Origin: Candidatus Aenigmatarchaeota archaeon
GTDB lineage: Archaea > Aenigmatarchaeota > Aenigmatarchaeia > GW2011-AR5 > JAHLMP01
DNA length: 61,132 nucleotides
Reading direction: 5' to 3'
Assembly (NCBI GenBank): GCA_039091735.1
Contig: JAWCLB010000003.1
Coordinates: forward strand, 1,295-62,426
The notes beneath the pieces were generated by a model. That model ran no database searches and was not told the DNA's origin. It saw only the letters and a list, made by a program, of their open reading frames with translations. The first letter of the stretch is position 1. Each line of letters begins with the position of its first letter. The translations under genes and the position numbers were made by a program. Shown piece by piece: positions 41,611 through 50,563 of this stretch.

Positions 41611-43599
41611 ATGATAGCACAGAAATGCGAAGACTTCTTGAGAAAGGATGAAAACTTGAAGTTGTTAGTAGAGGCGTGCGAATCAGGGTCATTGGTTATA
41701 GACTTCAATAATATAGACAGATTTGATCCATTGCTTGCTGATCATTTGCTTGAAAATCCTGATGAAGTAATAAATGAATTTGAGTCTGTTATTGAAAACA
41801 TAGATTTGCCAGAACACGAAAAAATAAGGGTAAGGATTAGAAATCTTCCAAACCACAAAAAAATAAGAATAAGAAACTTGAGGGCAATTCATCTGAATAA
41901 ATTAATGGAAATAGAAGGTATTGTGAAAGCAGCTGGAGAAGTGAAGCCGCAGATTTATGAGGCAATTTTTCAGTGTCCAGAATGTGGAAATAAGATTAAG
42001 GTGGAGCAAAAGGGGGTAACACTTAAATCCCCAACTACTTGTGAATGTGGCAGAAGAGGAATCTTCAAGCTATTGGAAACTAAGAAGTATGACATAAGGT
42101 GGATAACTGTTGAAGAACCATATGAAATCACAACTGGCGAGAGACCTGGAAAGATTAATGTTTTGCTGAAAGAAGATTTGACAACCCCCGAATTTCAAAA
42201 GAGGTCTGACCCCGGAAACCAGCTTAGAATAACAGGAATACTAAGAGAGATTCCAAAGAGGATACAGGGAAGGCTATCAACCAGAGTAGAGACCTTCTTT
42301 GAGGCAAATTACCTAGAGCCAAAAGAGGAGGAGTTTGAAGAAGTCAAAATTACAGAGGAGGACAAAAGAAAAATAGAGGAATTGTCAAGGGATCCAAACA
42401 TATATGATAGGCTTGTTGCATCTATAGCACCTGGAATATATGGCTGGAACGAGATAAAAGAGGCTATATTGTTACAACTGTTTGGCGGGGTAAGACACGA
42501 ATTCGAGGACGGAACTTATGTCAGAGGAAATATTCACATTCTCATTACAGGCGACCCATCAACAGCAAAATCTGTTTTGATTTCTAATGTAGTTAAGGCT
42601 TTGCCACGTGGAAGGTATGTTTCTGGTAAGGGTGTTACTGGTTCTGGGCTGACTACAACTGTAACGAAGAATGAACTGCTTGGTGGCTGGGTTTTGGAAG
42701 CAGGCGCATTGGTTTTGTCTAACAAGTCTATTCTGTCCATAGATGAATTTGACAAGATGAATAAAGATGACCAGATAGCAATGCACGAGGCAATGAGTTT
42801 GGAAACGATAAGCATAGCTAAAGCCAGCATAGTAGCTACATTGCCTGCTCAGACATCTGTATTGGCAGCAGCTAATCCAAAACTTGGAAGATTTGACCCA
42901 TATGAATCCATAGTTGACCAGGTAATGGTGCCAGAAACCCTACTAAGCCGTTTTGACCTGAAGTTTGCCGTAAGAGATGTACCTGACAGAACCAAAGACG
43001 AAGCGCTTGTTGACCACATAACGAAATCAAGAATGATACCTGAGATAACAAGACCACTAATTGACCTGCGCCTATTAAGAAAATACATAAGTTATGCAAG
43101 AAAAACATGCACTGATATAAAATTGACGCAGGAAGCAGCAGAGATGTTAAAAAAGTTTTATGTTGATATGAGAAACGAATATACAGGAGAAAAGACAAAA
43201 ACCGTACCTATAACACTAAGGCAGTTTGAAGCGCTGATTAGGTTGGCAGAGGCATCAGCAAAGGTCAGATTAGATTCTTATGTAAGAAAAGAGGATGCAG
43301 AACGTGCAATAAGGCTGATGAAATTCTCTTTGCAACAATTGGGCTTTGACATTGAAGCAGAAAGGTTTGACATAGACAAATTAGAAACAGGGATAACAAC
43401 AAGTCAAAGAAATAAGATGAGAATTATTTTAGATATAATCGCTGAGTTAGAAGCAAAACTTGGAAAAAACGTTCCAATAGAAGATGTAGAGGCAGAAGCA
43501 GAAGAGCAGGGAATAAGCGATGCTGAAGAGTTAATAGAAAGACTAAAGCACGATGGCCTTGTCTTCCAACCAAGGGCTGGATATATAAGAAGGGTATAA
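41611..43599 (+). CDS. mcm: MCM replicative helicase
   Basis: 662 aa. Zinc motif CPECGNK...CECGR, Walker A ILITGDPSTAKS, Walker B LSIDEFDKM, arginine finger SRFDL. Confidence 0.95.
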   Translation: MIAQKCEDFLRKDENLKLLVEACESGSLVIDFNNIDRFDPLLADHLLENPDEVINEFESVIENIDLPEHEKIRVRIRNLPNHKKIRIRNLRAIHLNKLMEIEGIVKAAGEVKPQIYEAIFQCPECGNKIKVEQKGVTLKSPTTCECGRRGIFKLLETKKYDIRWITVEEPYEITTGERPGKINVLLKEDLTTPEFQKRSDPGNQLRITGILREIPKRIQGRLSTRVETFFEANYLEPKEEEFEEVKITEEDKRKIEELSRDPNIYDRLVASIAPGIYGWNEIKEAILLQLFGGVRHEFEDGTYVRGNIHILITGDPSTAKSVLISNVVKALPRGRYVSGKGVTGSGLTTTVTKNELLGGWVLEAGALVLSNKSILSIDEFDKMNKDDQIAMHEAMSLETISIAKASIVATLPAQTSVLAAANPKLGRFDPYESIVDQVMVPETLLSRFDLKFAVRDVPDRTKDEALVDHITKSRMIPEITRPLIDLRLLRKYISYARKTCTDIKLTQEAAEMLKKFYVDMRNEYTGEKTKTVPITLRQFEALIRLAEASAKVRLDSYVRKEDAERAIRLMKFSLQQLGFDIEAERFDIDKLETGITTSQRNKMRIILDIIAELEAKLGKNVPIEDVEAEAEEQGISDAEELIERLKHDGLVFQPRAGYIRRV

Positions 43600-44040
43600 T
43601 TTTTTGCTTTCAAGAATTACTGAATCTTATGCTTCCTTTAGAAGGGCTTCAATACTTTCATTTATGTATCAAGCTCCTGATTTTATATGGCTTTTAGCAG
43701 TTTAATACTGATATCAACTCATCACACTTAAATTAGTGGCTATAAATAGCATTATATCTGTGGTATTGCACAACTTGGCTTAGAGCAATACCACCCCGTA
43801 GAAACTATTAATAAAACTCTTTTTACTTACATCATCGACGAAATAGTCTTGCAATAGTTTGTTTCAGTAGATTAATCTCTATGAATAAGAAAAAATCAAA
43901 ATTATCTTCTGGGTTTGACTGGCTTTTCATACCTGCCTTAGACAATGAAGAATATTGCTGTATCATCTGGGTTTATCGGCCTTTTCGCCTAATTTAAAAA
44001 TACAAATGAAAGTGCTGAGATTTTAAGAATTTACATATGC

Positions 44041-45405
44041 TCATCTTTCACTTAACCTTTTTGTTTTTATGAGGGTTTTTCGGATTTTGGAGATGAAATT
44101 TGTAGTATGCTCTCTTATTTCATTTGTAAATCCTTTAAAAGGATAAATCGTAAGAATACAAATAATAAGCTCTATAGTGCTTCTTTTGCTAGGCGGATTT
44201 TTTACTTCTCGAGTATATGCATTTATTATAAGCGCAGAAATTATGCGCAATAAGGCTGTAAGCAAAAAGAGCACATAAAATGAAAAGATAGATTGAGAGC
44301 CAAAATAGGAAAGAGTAAAGCCTCCTATGAATGTGCCGAAAAATGTGCCCGCACCTGAAAGAAGATATGCATGACCGCTTGCTTTTATGCGCTCATCTGG
44401 TTGAGTAATATCGTAAAGATAATTGAAAGAAGAACCCACTATTCCTGCCCACAAAATACCTGCAAACGAATAAGCTGCTATTGCGCTTATTGGATCATGG
44501 ACTAAAAGAATAATGAAGGAAGATAGCGAGTTAAGAGCAACTGATGCAACAAGAACTTTTTTCGTTCCATATTTTTCTATAAGTCGACCCCAATGCGGTG
44601 CAGCAATCGTGAAAAATAAAGTAGAGGCAATTAATGCAGATGAAAAAGAGACGTAATCGAATTTCAACATGCTTAGAAGATAAACAGGCAAAAAATTTAC
44701 ACTCATATTTATGGTGAAAAAAAGAAGGAAAAGCAGTAACGAATAATTTGCTGCTTCGTTGCTTGGTTCACGCTCTTTTTTTGGTTCTTGATTCGGATCC
44801 CAATGCAGTGCAAGAAAATATGCACTTCCAAGCCGAGCAATAAAGGAAATTGCAAACAAGATAGCAAAACCGACCAAAATACTTGGTTTCATCCAATTGA
44901 GAAACCACCCTGCTAAGAGCAATGTAATAAGGCCCACAAAAGAAGTTATCCTGTATCTATAACCAAACCAACTTGCTCTTTTGTGCTCGGGTACTATATC
45001 ACCCATGAGTGCGATCCATGAGGGATTTACTATACCACCAAAAAAGAAAATAAGAGTTGCGATAATTACAAGTCCAATATTAGCAAACTGCGGACCGAGT
45101 AGCTGGAAATGAAGGGCAAGAAGAGCGAGTAAAAACCACATAAACGCTTGTGCTATAGCTCCATATATGATGATTTTCTTCCGCTCGATTCTATAATCAG
45201 GAAAATAAGACCCTATTTTCTGAGAGATTCCATCCAACAAAGGAGGGAATGCATTAAGCGCGCTAATTATAGAAAGGGGTGCATTGATTACAAGAGCAAA
45301 AGGAGTAAGAAAAGAGATGCCGGCCTGAAACATCACGAACCACAAACTACCATCGATTATTGAGTAGTGCATACTGGCTTCTTGTCGCTTTTTTTCATTT
45401 TCCAT
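44041..45405 (-). CDS. MFS-type transporter
   Basis: 454 aa with about 12 TM segments in a 6+6 arrangement and a central charged loop. Confidence 0.75.
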   Translation of the reverse strand: MENEKKRQEASMHYSIIDGSLWFVMFQAGISFLTPFALVINAPLSIISALNAFPPLLDGISQKIGSYFPDYRIERKKIIIYGAIAQAFMWFLLALLALHFQLLGPQFANIGLVIIATLIFFFGGIVNPSWIALMGDIVPEHKRASWFGYRYRITSFVGLITLLLAGWFLNWMKPSILVGFAILFAISFIARLGSAYFLALHWDPNQEPKKEREPSNEAANYSLLLFLLFFTINMSVNFLPVYLLSMLKFDYVSFSSALIASTLFFTIAAPHWGRLIEKYGTKKVLVASVALNSLSSFIILLVHDPISAIAAYSFAGILWAGIVGSSFNYLYDITQPDERIKASGHAYLLSGAGTFFGTFIGGFTLSYFGSQSIFSFYVLFLLTALLRIISALIINAYTREVKNPPSKRSTIELIICILTIYPFKGFTNEIREHTTNFISKIRKTLIKTKRLSER

Positions 45406-45524
45406 GGTTTAATCTCTATTAATGATAAAAATAAATCTGTTCAGCAGAGTTGTGCAACGCCCCTTATATCTTTTTTTGCCACTAGAACAGCAGTAATGCA
45501 ATTCAACAAGATTTGGCATCTTTC

Positions 45525-45668
45525 GTCTTTACAAATCTTGCTTTATGGGTTTTAGTTGGTTTATTTCATAGTATGCCGATTTACGTATTTACAAATCTTG
45601 CTTTATTATTGTTTGGCTCTTTGCAATTTATATTGCAGTGTTTCTTGTCTTTACAAATCTGTTTTATG
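45525..45668. repeat. Three 22-23-nt direct repeats at 60-62-nt period (CRISPR-like architecture, unproven)
   Basis: gtctttacaaatcttgctttatg (45525-45547), gtatttacaaatcttgctttatt (45585-45607), gtctttacaaatctgttttatg (45647-45668). The intervening 37 and 39 nt are dissimilar. Confidence 0.8.
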
Positions 45669-45789
45669 AGGCAGCACACCAAAGGCTGATGTTCTGCAAC
45701 CTTAGGGTTTTCATAATTCATTTGTAACTTTATCGTAATACATTAATCCTTAAAAACTTTAAATATGCCTTTTGATATATTTAAAGATT

Positions 45790-46188
45790 ATGACAAGAAA
45801 AGGAATAAGCCCTATAATTGCAATAGTATTATTGCTTATGATAACTATATCAATGGTGGGATTTGCTTATGTATGGTTTACAAGGATAACGGGCTCTGCC
45901 TTCAACCAGTCACGAACAGAGCAGGAGAATATACAAAAGCAACAAGGCCAAAGGGTTATAATAGATAATATATTAGGAAATCAGCTGACACTAAGGCATG
46001 TTGGTACATACCCTGTAACAAAGGATGAGCTTGGGGTTTTCATCAATGGTGTGGCAACAAGCATAACATCTGGGTGTGACACAATAAATCCAGGCGAGTA
46101 CAAGACATGCACATTGGCAACATCGTGTACATCAGGGAGTAGAATAAGGGTCACGTCTCCTGGAATGACAGATGAGCAATACTGCTAG
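45790..46188 (+). CDS. Archaeal type IV pilin-like protein (class III signal peptide)
   Basis: MTRKGISPIIAIVLLLMITISMVGFAYVWF is a classic KG/ISPIIA prepilin-peptidase site plus hydrophobic helix. Trimmed from 45772. Confidence 0.75.
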   Translation: MTRKGISPIIAIVLLLMITISMVGFAYVWFTRITGSAFNQSRTEQENIQKQQGQRVIIDNILGNQLTLRHVGTYPVTKDELGVFINGVATSITSGCDTINPGEYKTCTLATSCTSGSRIRVTSPGMTDEQYC

Positions 46189-46198
46189 GTTGATAAAA

Positions 46199-46420
46199 AT
46201 GGCAAAAACTATTAAAAAGCACGAGGGAAGGATTTATATTGAAACCATTGGAATATTTATTCTGTTTTTATTGACAGTGCTCTGCTTTGTTCTTGCTGGC
46301 TTTGGTTTCATGCTTCCAGACAATTTTGTCATCCCATTGCTCACAAACCTACTATTAATATTTCTAATTGCTGAAGGTATCATTATAATAATGCTATTAT
46401 ATAGGATATCACAGAAATAA
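46199..46420 (+). CDS. Small two-TM membrane protein, hypothetical
   Basis: MAKTIKKHEGRIYIETIGIFILFLLTVLCFVLAGF... The ORF-track start at 46172 would overlap the pilin gene. Confidence 0.4.
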   Translation: MAKTIKKHEGRIYIETIGIFILFLLTVLCFVLAGFGFMLPDNFVIPLLTNLLLIFLIAEGIIIIMLLYRISQK

Positions 46421-46555
46421 TATTTCTAATCTTTTTGTTTATAAAAAGAATCTTTTGAACAATCTATAAGCTTCTTCTAACATTTAACTATTTGCGTTAA
46501 TTCCAAAATGCTTATAAATAAAAACATATAAAACCAATTGAATAATTATAATTAG

Positions 46556-47872
46556 ATGAAATCAATCCTAGAGTCTGTTCCAGGGTCTCTCTATGTTATA
46601 ATAGCATTTGCTGCTGGAGCAATCATGCTAATATTTATCTTAAGATTTCTGCCTGCTGAGAGCGAGATGACTATCAAACACGAGATACCACGAAGGCTTG
46701 CAGATTTTGCAGAAGATTGCTGGAGAGCACATAGATATGGAATGGACCCTGTGTCAGAGGTCTGCAAGACATTGAGAATAACTAATAAGACAAACGAGAG
46801 CGAGATCACGAAATTCTTGGATTGCAAAAACCTGCCAAACTATGAATGCTATCCTGACAATTGTACTTATTGTAAGTCTGATTTCCACGAAGATAATGAT
46901 AAGCTAATAGCATTCATAGAAGATGCTGGAGAGATAAGGATAAGCTATGTAGACAGGAAGATAAGGATATCTCTAATAGAATGCGATTCCGTTTGCCAAT
47001 GCAAGAGGCTTTGCATAGAGAAGAGCGCTGAAATGAACAAGGAGTGTATGAAGGCCTTATTTTATGCAGATTGCAAAAATGATGTAGATAAATTTTATGA
47101 GGATTGCCTAATTGGCTGTGAGATAACGAGTACAAGCACAACAACTACTACGACATCTACTACAACAACTACTATAAAGCCTGATATATTGATATATATG
47201 GTCAAGGAGTATGCTAGCCCAGACAAGATAAAACAGCTTCTCGAAGGAGCTGGATATGTTACTGATGTCCTAAAAAGGGAAGATGGACATTACATAACAG
47301 AATCGTTACTCTCAAAATACAAGCAGGTGTGGATACTTGATACTACTGAAAACATCGCCATTCCTGAATCAGAGGTTATGGCAGTAGTCAATTACTATAA
47401 TAAGGGTGGCAATCTATTATTATCAGGAGAATGCTGCGGTAATATTAGCAATCCGTTAAGATGTCATGTAGATATTATAGATGCTATATCTGAGAATTTT
47501 GGAGTCAGGTTAAGCACTACAAAAGAGATATGCATTTTCATAGATCGAGAAGAGAATAGTAGCTGTACCATGCCATCATTAGTCAACTTTTATCCACATC
47601 CAATAACAGAAGGCATAACCAAACTAAGCACATCAAAAACCGACATAGACATTACTATAACAAACCCGAATGTTGTTCCTGTTTCTACTGTAAATGAAAA
47701 GATATATATAGCGGTTTTAGATTCTGCTGATGAAAGGGGAAGGATAGTATTTGACTCATCGTTTTTTAGGTTTCTTCCTATTCCAAAAGAGGGATACGTG
47801 GGTGGTCCTGAATACTGTGACAATTCCCAATATGCATTAAACATAGCAAATTGGTTGAATAAAAGTGATTGA
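46556..47872 (+). CDS. Membrane-anchored Cys-rich extracellular protein with Thr-run linker
   Basis: 438 aa. N-terminal TM, a Cys-rich module, a TSTSTTTTTTSTTTTT linker, and a C-terminal alpha/beta-like domain (VWILDTTEN, GGNLLLSGE). Confidence 0.55.
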   Translation: MKSILESVPGSLYVIIAFAAGAIMLIFILRFLPAESEMTIKHEIPRRLADFAEDCWRAHRYGMDPVSEVCKTLRITNKTNESEITKFLDCKNLPNYECYPDNCTYCKSDFHEDNDKLIAFIEDAGEIRISYVDRKIRISLIECDSVCQCKRLCIEKSAEMNKECMKALFYADCKNDVDKFYEDCLIGCEITSTSTTTTTTSTTTTTIKPDILIYMVKEYASPDKIKQLLEGAGYVTDVLKREDGHYITESLLSKYKQVWILDTTENIAIPESEVMAVVNYYNKGGNLLLSGECCGNISNPLRCHVDIIDAISENFGVRLSTTKEICIFIDREENSSCTMPSLVNFYPHPITEGITKLSTSKTDIDITITNPNVVPVSTVNEKIYIAVLDSADERGRIVFDSSFFRFLPIPKEGYVGGPEYCDNSQYALNIANWLNKSD

Positions 47873-47949
47873 ATAACTTTTTATGCATGTGTGCTAAATC
47901 TACACACTTTTTAAGTTTTCGGTATCCATAAATATTGATAGTGGTTACG

Positions 47950-48126
47950 ATGGTCTCAAGATATGGAAAGAAGATAAGAGAGAGAAAGCTTAAAACGAAG
48001 CCGAAGAAGAGGTATATGTGTCCCGTATGCTCAAGAAAGGCTGTAAGCAGGGTAGCAAGTGGTATTTGGGCCTGCAAGAAGTGCAAGACGAAGTTTGCAT
48101 CAGACTCTTATGAATTTAAATTGTAG
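47950..48126 (+). CDS. rpl37ae: 50S ribosomal protein eL43 (L37Ae)
   Basis: Zinc ribbon YMCPVCSRKAVSRVASGIWACKKCKTKFA. Confidence 0.85.
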   Translation: MVSRYGKKIRERKLKTKPKKRYMCPVCSRKAVSRVASGIWACKKCKTKFASDSYEFKL

Positions 48127-48149
48127 GATTAATAATTACTTGTGGTATT

Positions 48150-48281
48150 ATGACAACTTATGAATGCTTGTATTGCAAAGAAAGATTCAAATTAAAAGAC
48201 AAGGTGCAGTGTCCTTTCTGCGGGTCAAGAATAGTGAAAAAACCAAGGCAAAGCATAGTCAAGCACATCAAAGCAGAATGA
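48150..48281 (+). CDS. rpoP: RNA polymerase subunit P (Rpo12)
   Basis: My own translation: MTTYECLYCKERFKLKDKVQCPFCGSRIVKKPRQSIVKHIKAE, 43 aa with a CxxC...CxxC zinc ribbon. Below the ORF-track cutoff. Confidence 0.8.
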   Translation: MTTYECLYCKERFKLKDKVQCPFCGSRIVKKPRQSIVKHIKAE

Positions 48282-48291
48282 GGTGAAAAAA

Positions 48292-48645
48292 ATGGAAAAG
48301 ATAAGCAAGAATGTAGAAGAGCTCTTAATGCGGTTTCAGATTCAGAATCAACAGCTTGAAAATCTAATTGTCCAAAAGCAAAACCTTATTGCTAAAAAAA
48401 CTGAATTAGATAATGCCTATAAGGAATTGAATAATACTTCTGACCAGGAGGTATATAAAATTGCTGGACCAATAATTATAAAATCAGATAAGGAGAAACT
48501 AAAGACAGGGCTTGAACAAGAAAGAGAAGAAACAGAATTAAAGCTCAAGATGCTTGAAAAAAACGAGAAAAAACTAAGAGAGAGTATTGAAAAGAGCAGA
48601 GAAGAACTACAACAAATTCTGCCAACTTTGGAGAAAGAAGAGTGA
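48292..48645 (+). CDS. pfdB: Prefoldin beta subunit
   Basis: About 117 aa. Two coiled-coil arms around a central hairpin (EVYKIAGPIIIKSDKEK). Confidence 0.8.
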   Translation: MEKISKNVEELLMRFQIQNQQLENLIVQKQNLIAKKTELDNAYKELNNTSDQEVYKIAGPIIIKSDKEKLKTGLEQEREETELKLKMLEKNEKKLRESIEKSREELQQILPTLEKEE

Positions 48646-48650
48646 TTACT

Positions 48651-48926
48651 ATGGTAAGAAAATCTTATGGCTTTAGAAGGAGGACGCGAAATAAGTTAAA
48701 GCAAAATGATATTATGAAGCCAAACATGTTTTTGCAGAGATTTGACATAGGCAATAGAGTTCACATTGATATTCAGTCAAGCTCGCAGAAAATTCCTCAT
48801 CCAAAGTTTCAGGGAAGAACCGGTGTTGTGATCGGTAAACGAGGCAATGCTTACATTGTAGAAGTAAAGGACTTAAATACAAAAAAGCAGATTATAGTTA
48901 ATCCAGAACATCTCAAGAGGTGTTAA
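48651..48926 (+). CDS. rpl21e: 50S ribosomal protein eL21
   Basis: MVRKSYGFRRRTRNKL...FQGRTGVVIGKRGNAYIVEV. Confidence 0.88.
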   Translation: MVRKSYGFRRRTRNKLKQNDIMKPNMFLQRFDIGNRVHIDIQSSSQKIPHPKFQGRTGVVIGKRGNAYIVEVKDLNTKKQIIVNPEHLKRC

Positions 48927-48929
48927 AAT

Positions 48930-49265
48930 ATGGTTATGGAAGTGATAAAAGAAGAAATCATAACTTCAAGTGAGGCCAAAAGAATAATGAATGAGAGATC
49001 AAAGGAAAAGGGGCTTGCATATGAACAGAAGATATGTTTGGAATACCTCCAAAAGATACCTGTACTCCCAAAGGCCAAAGCAGAAAAGTTAGCAGAAGAG
49101 CTCGCACAGCTTAAGCTGCTAAATAAAAAACAAATCATAAATATGATTGATATAATTCCTGATACAGAGGAAGAGCTTAACATCCTTTTCAGCAAAGAAA
49201 AATTCAAGAAGGATGAGATTAAAAAGATAATTGAGATAATGAAAATGTATAAAATTGAGAAATGA
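48930..49265 (+). CDS. rpoF: RNA polymerase subunit F (Rpo4)
   Basis: 111 aa in the conserved L21e-RpoF-DUF655 order. Rpb4-like helical pattern (LAYEQKICLEYLQK...IINMIDIIPDTEEEL). Confidence 0.75.
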   Translation: MVMEVIKEEIITSSEAKRIMNERSKEKGLAYEQKICLEYLQKIPVLPKAKAEKLAEELAQLKLLNKKQIINMIDIIPDTEEELNILFSKEKFKKDEIKKIIEIMKMYKIEK

Positions 49266-49281
49266 GCAGATATGATCATGG

Positions 49282-49842
49282 ATGATCTATATGAATATGA
49301 AAGAAGAATATGCAATAGTCTTAGATTTTTTGGCAACAGGCTATCCTGGAAGGCGCTATGGAGAGCCATTAGCCCAGGCTATTGGCAAGGATTACTTCTC
49401 TCTTCTAGAGCTTGTATCAAAGGAGAATATTATATTAAAACAGGGTGAAGAGGTTTATATTGGAGATGAAAAAAGAGATAAAATAAAGCTCGTGAAAAGA
49501 AGGTTAAGGTTAAGTGACTTGACAAATATTGCATTGTCAAATCTTAAAGAGTTTCTGGATCAGCTTATTGAGAAAAACGAAAAAAGGTTTGTGGACTTTT
49601 TTAATACTGCATCAAGCATAACTCCGAGGCTTCACAAGTTTGAGCTTTTGCCAGGGATCGGAAAAAAGTATGCGCAGGCATTAATAAATCATAGGCCATT
49701 TACCTCTTTTGAAGACATCAAAAATAAGACAGGTATTTCTGACCTTGTAAAGATTATAAAAAAGAGAATATTGGATGAATTAAGTGGAAACGAAAAATAT
49801 TACATATTTGTTGTTCCTGTCAGAACATTTCATGGGCGGTAG
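49282..49842 (+). CDS. DUF655-family protein with helix-hairpin-helix
   Basis: EEYAIVLDFL..GYPG at the N-terminus and LLPGIGKKYAQALINHRPF (HhH) at the C-terminus. Confidence 0.7.
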   Translation: MIYMNMKEEYAIVLDFLATGYPGRRYGEPLAQAIGKDYFSLLELVSKENIILKQGEEVYIGDEKRDKIKLVKRRLRLSDLTNIALSNLKEFLDQLIEKNEKRFVDFFNTASSITPRLHKFELLPGIGKKYAQALINHRPFTSFEDIKNKTGISDLVKIIKKRILDELSGNEKYYIFVVPVRTFHGR

Positions 49843-49993
49843 CTTAATGATTCAGTTGGTTTGCATGAATTCATAACCACTTTTTGTTTTATGCTCACCT
49901 TGTCAGGTTGACAATTGCCAGTGCTTTGTTGGGAACTGCCAGATTGGAAGCTTTGATGTTTATACAAAGCAAGAGTGCACAGGTACTTCGGTC

Positions 49994-50503
49994 ATGATTT
50001 ATGATTTTTTTGATAACGTAGCAACATGGTATCCCACAGAGCCTGGGACTTATTACATAAAAATCTTGTGCGATGATGAAAGAAGCTCTTATTGCACAGC
50101 TGTGAGTGTTGCTAATGCAATCGTAAATCCAAACGTCTTTGTCTCTTGTCCTTTTTGCCAGGCAAGTAAATGCGATTGCTATATTTCAGGATGTCAAGAA
50201 GGCGTGCTTAACATATATGCAAAATCTGATTGCATTGCTACGCCTTCTCTTGCCTATGACTTTTACAATGGAAAGATATCATGGAGCGCTCCTAAAGGAG
50301 GTGATTATTTTATAAAGGTTTTGTGTGATGACAAAGCCAAGTCTGGCTGCATTCCATTGCATGTTGCTGAAAATTTGGAAAGTTGCATAGGAAGATGCAA
50401 TGAATATACAAAGGGTGCTGCATGCCAGTGTGACATAGGCTGCATAAAGAATAATGATTGCTGCAAAGACTTTTGTGAAGCATGCTCAAAGCTTTGTGCT
50501 TAA
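49994..50503 (+). CDS. Cys-rich protein: tandem ~75-aa repeats plus C-terminal somatomedin-B-like module
   Basis: 169 aa. The C-terminus is SCIGRCNEYTKGAACQCDIGCIKNNDCCKDFCEAC. The repeat homology continues upstream of the ATG in frame, to the stop at about 49876-49878. Confidence 0.6.
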   Translation: MIYDFFDNVATWYPTEPGTYYIKILCDDERSSYCTAVSVANAIVNPNVFVSCPFCQASKCDCYISGCQEGVLNIYAKSDCIATPSLAYDFYNGKISWSAPKGGDYFIKVLCDDKAKSGCIPLHVAENLESCIGRCNEYTKGAACQCDIGCIKNNDCCKDFCEACSKLCA

Positions 50504-50563
50504 TAAATTAATGAGCAAAATAGAAAAAAATCTATATAAGCCAACGGAATAATAACTATTAAT

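Noticed and set aside
43762-43802. Hairpin GGTATTGC-15 nt-GCAATACC in the convergent MCM/MFS intergenic region
   Set aside because: It is a single 8-bp stem with no flanking conserved boxes. It could be a terminator-like element, but archaeal termination does not require one and nothing else supports an ncRNA.
43880-43996. 38-codon ORF (MNKKKSKLSSGFDWLF...) containing a ~25-nt imperfect internal direct repeat (tctgggttt..c.ggc.ttttc)
   Set aside because: It is too short and has no supporting motif. The repeat is weak, and it is probably non-coding.
45525-45668. Annotating the three repeats as a bona fide CRISPR array
   Set aside because: There are only three copies, one of them degenerate. 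The repeat is at the lower length limit, and no cas genes or leader are recognisable in the window. It is kept as a repeat feature and a finding rather than a CRISPR call.
45367-45968. ORFs 45367-45555(+) and 45765-45968(+)
   Set aside because: The first runs through the repeat-bearing intergenic region. The second is an alternative frame of the pilin gene, whose class III signal peptide identifies the true frame.
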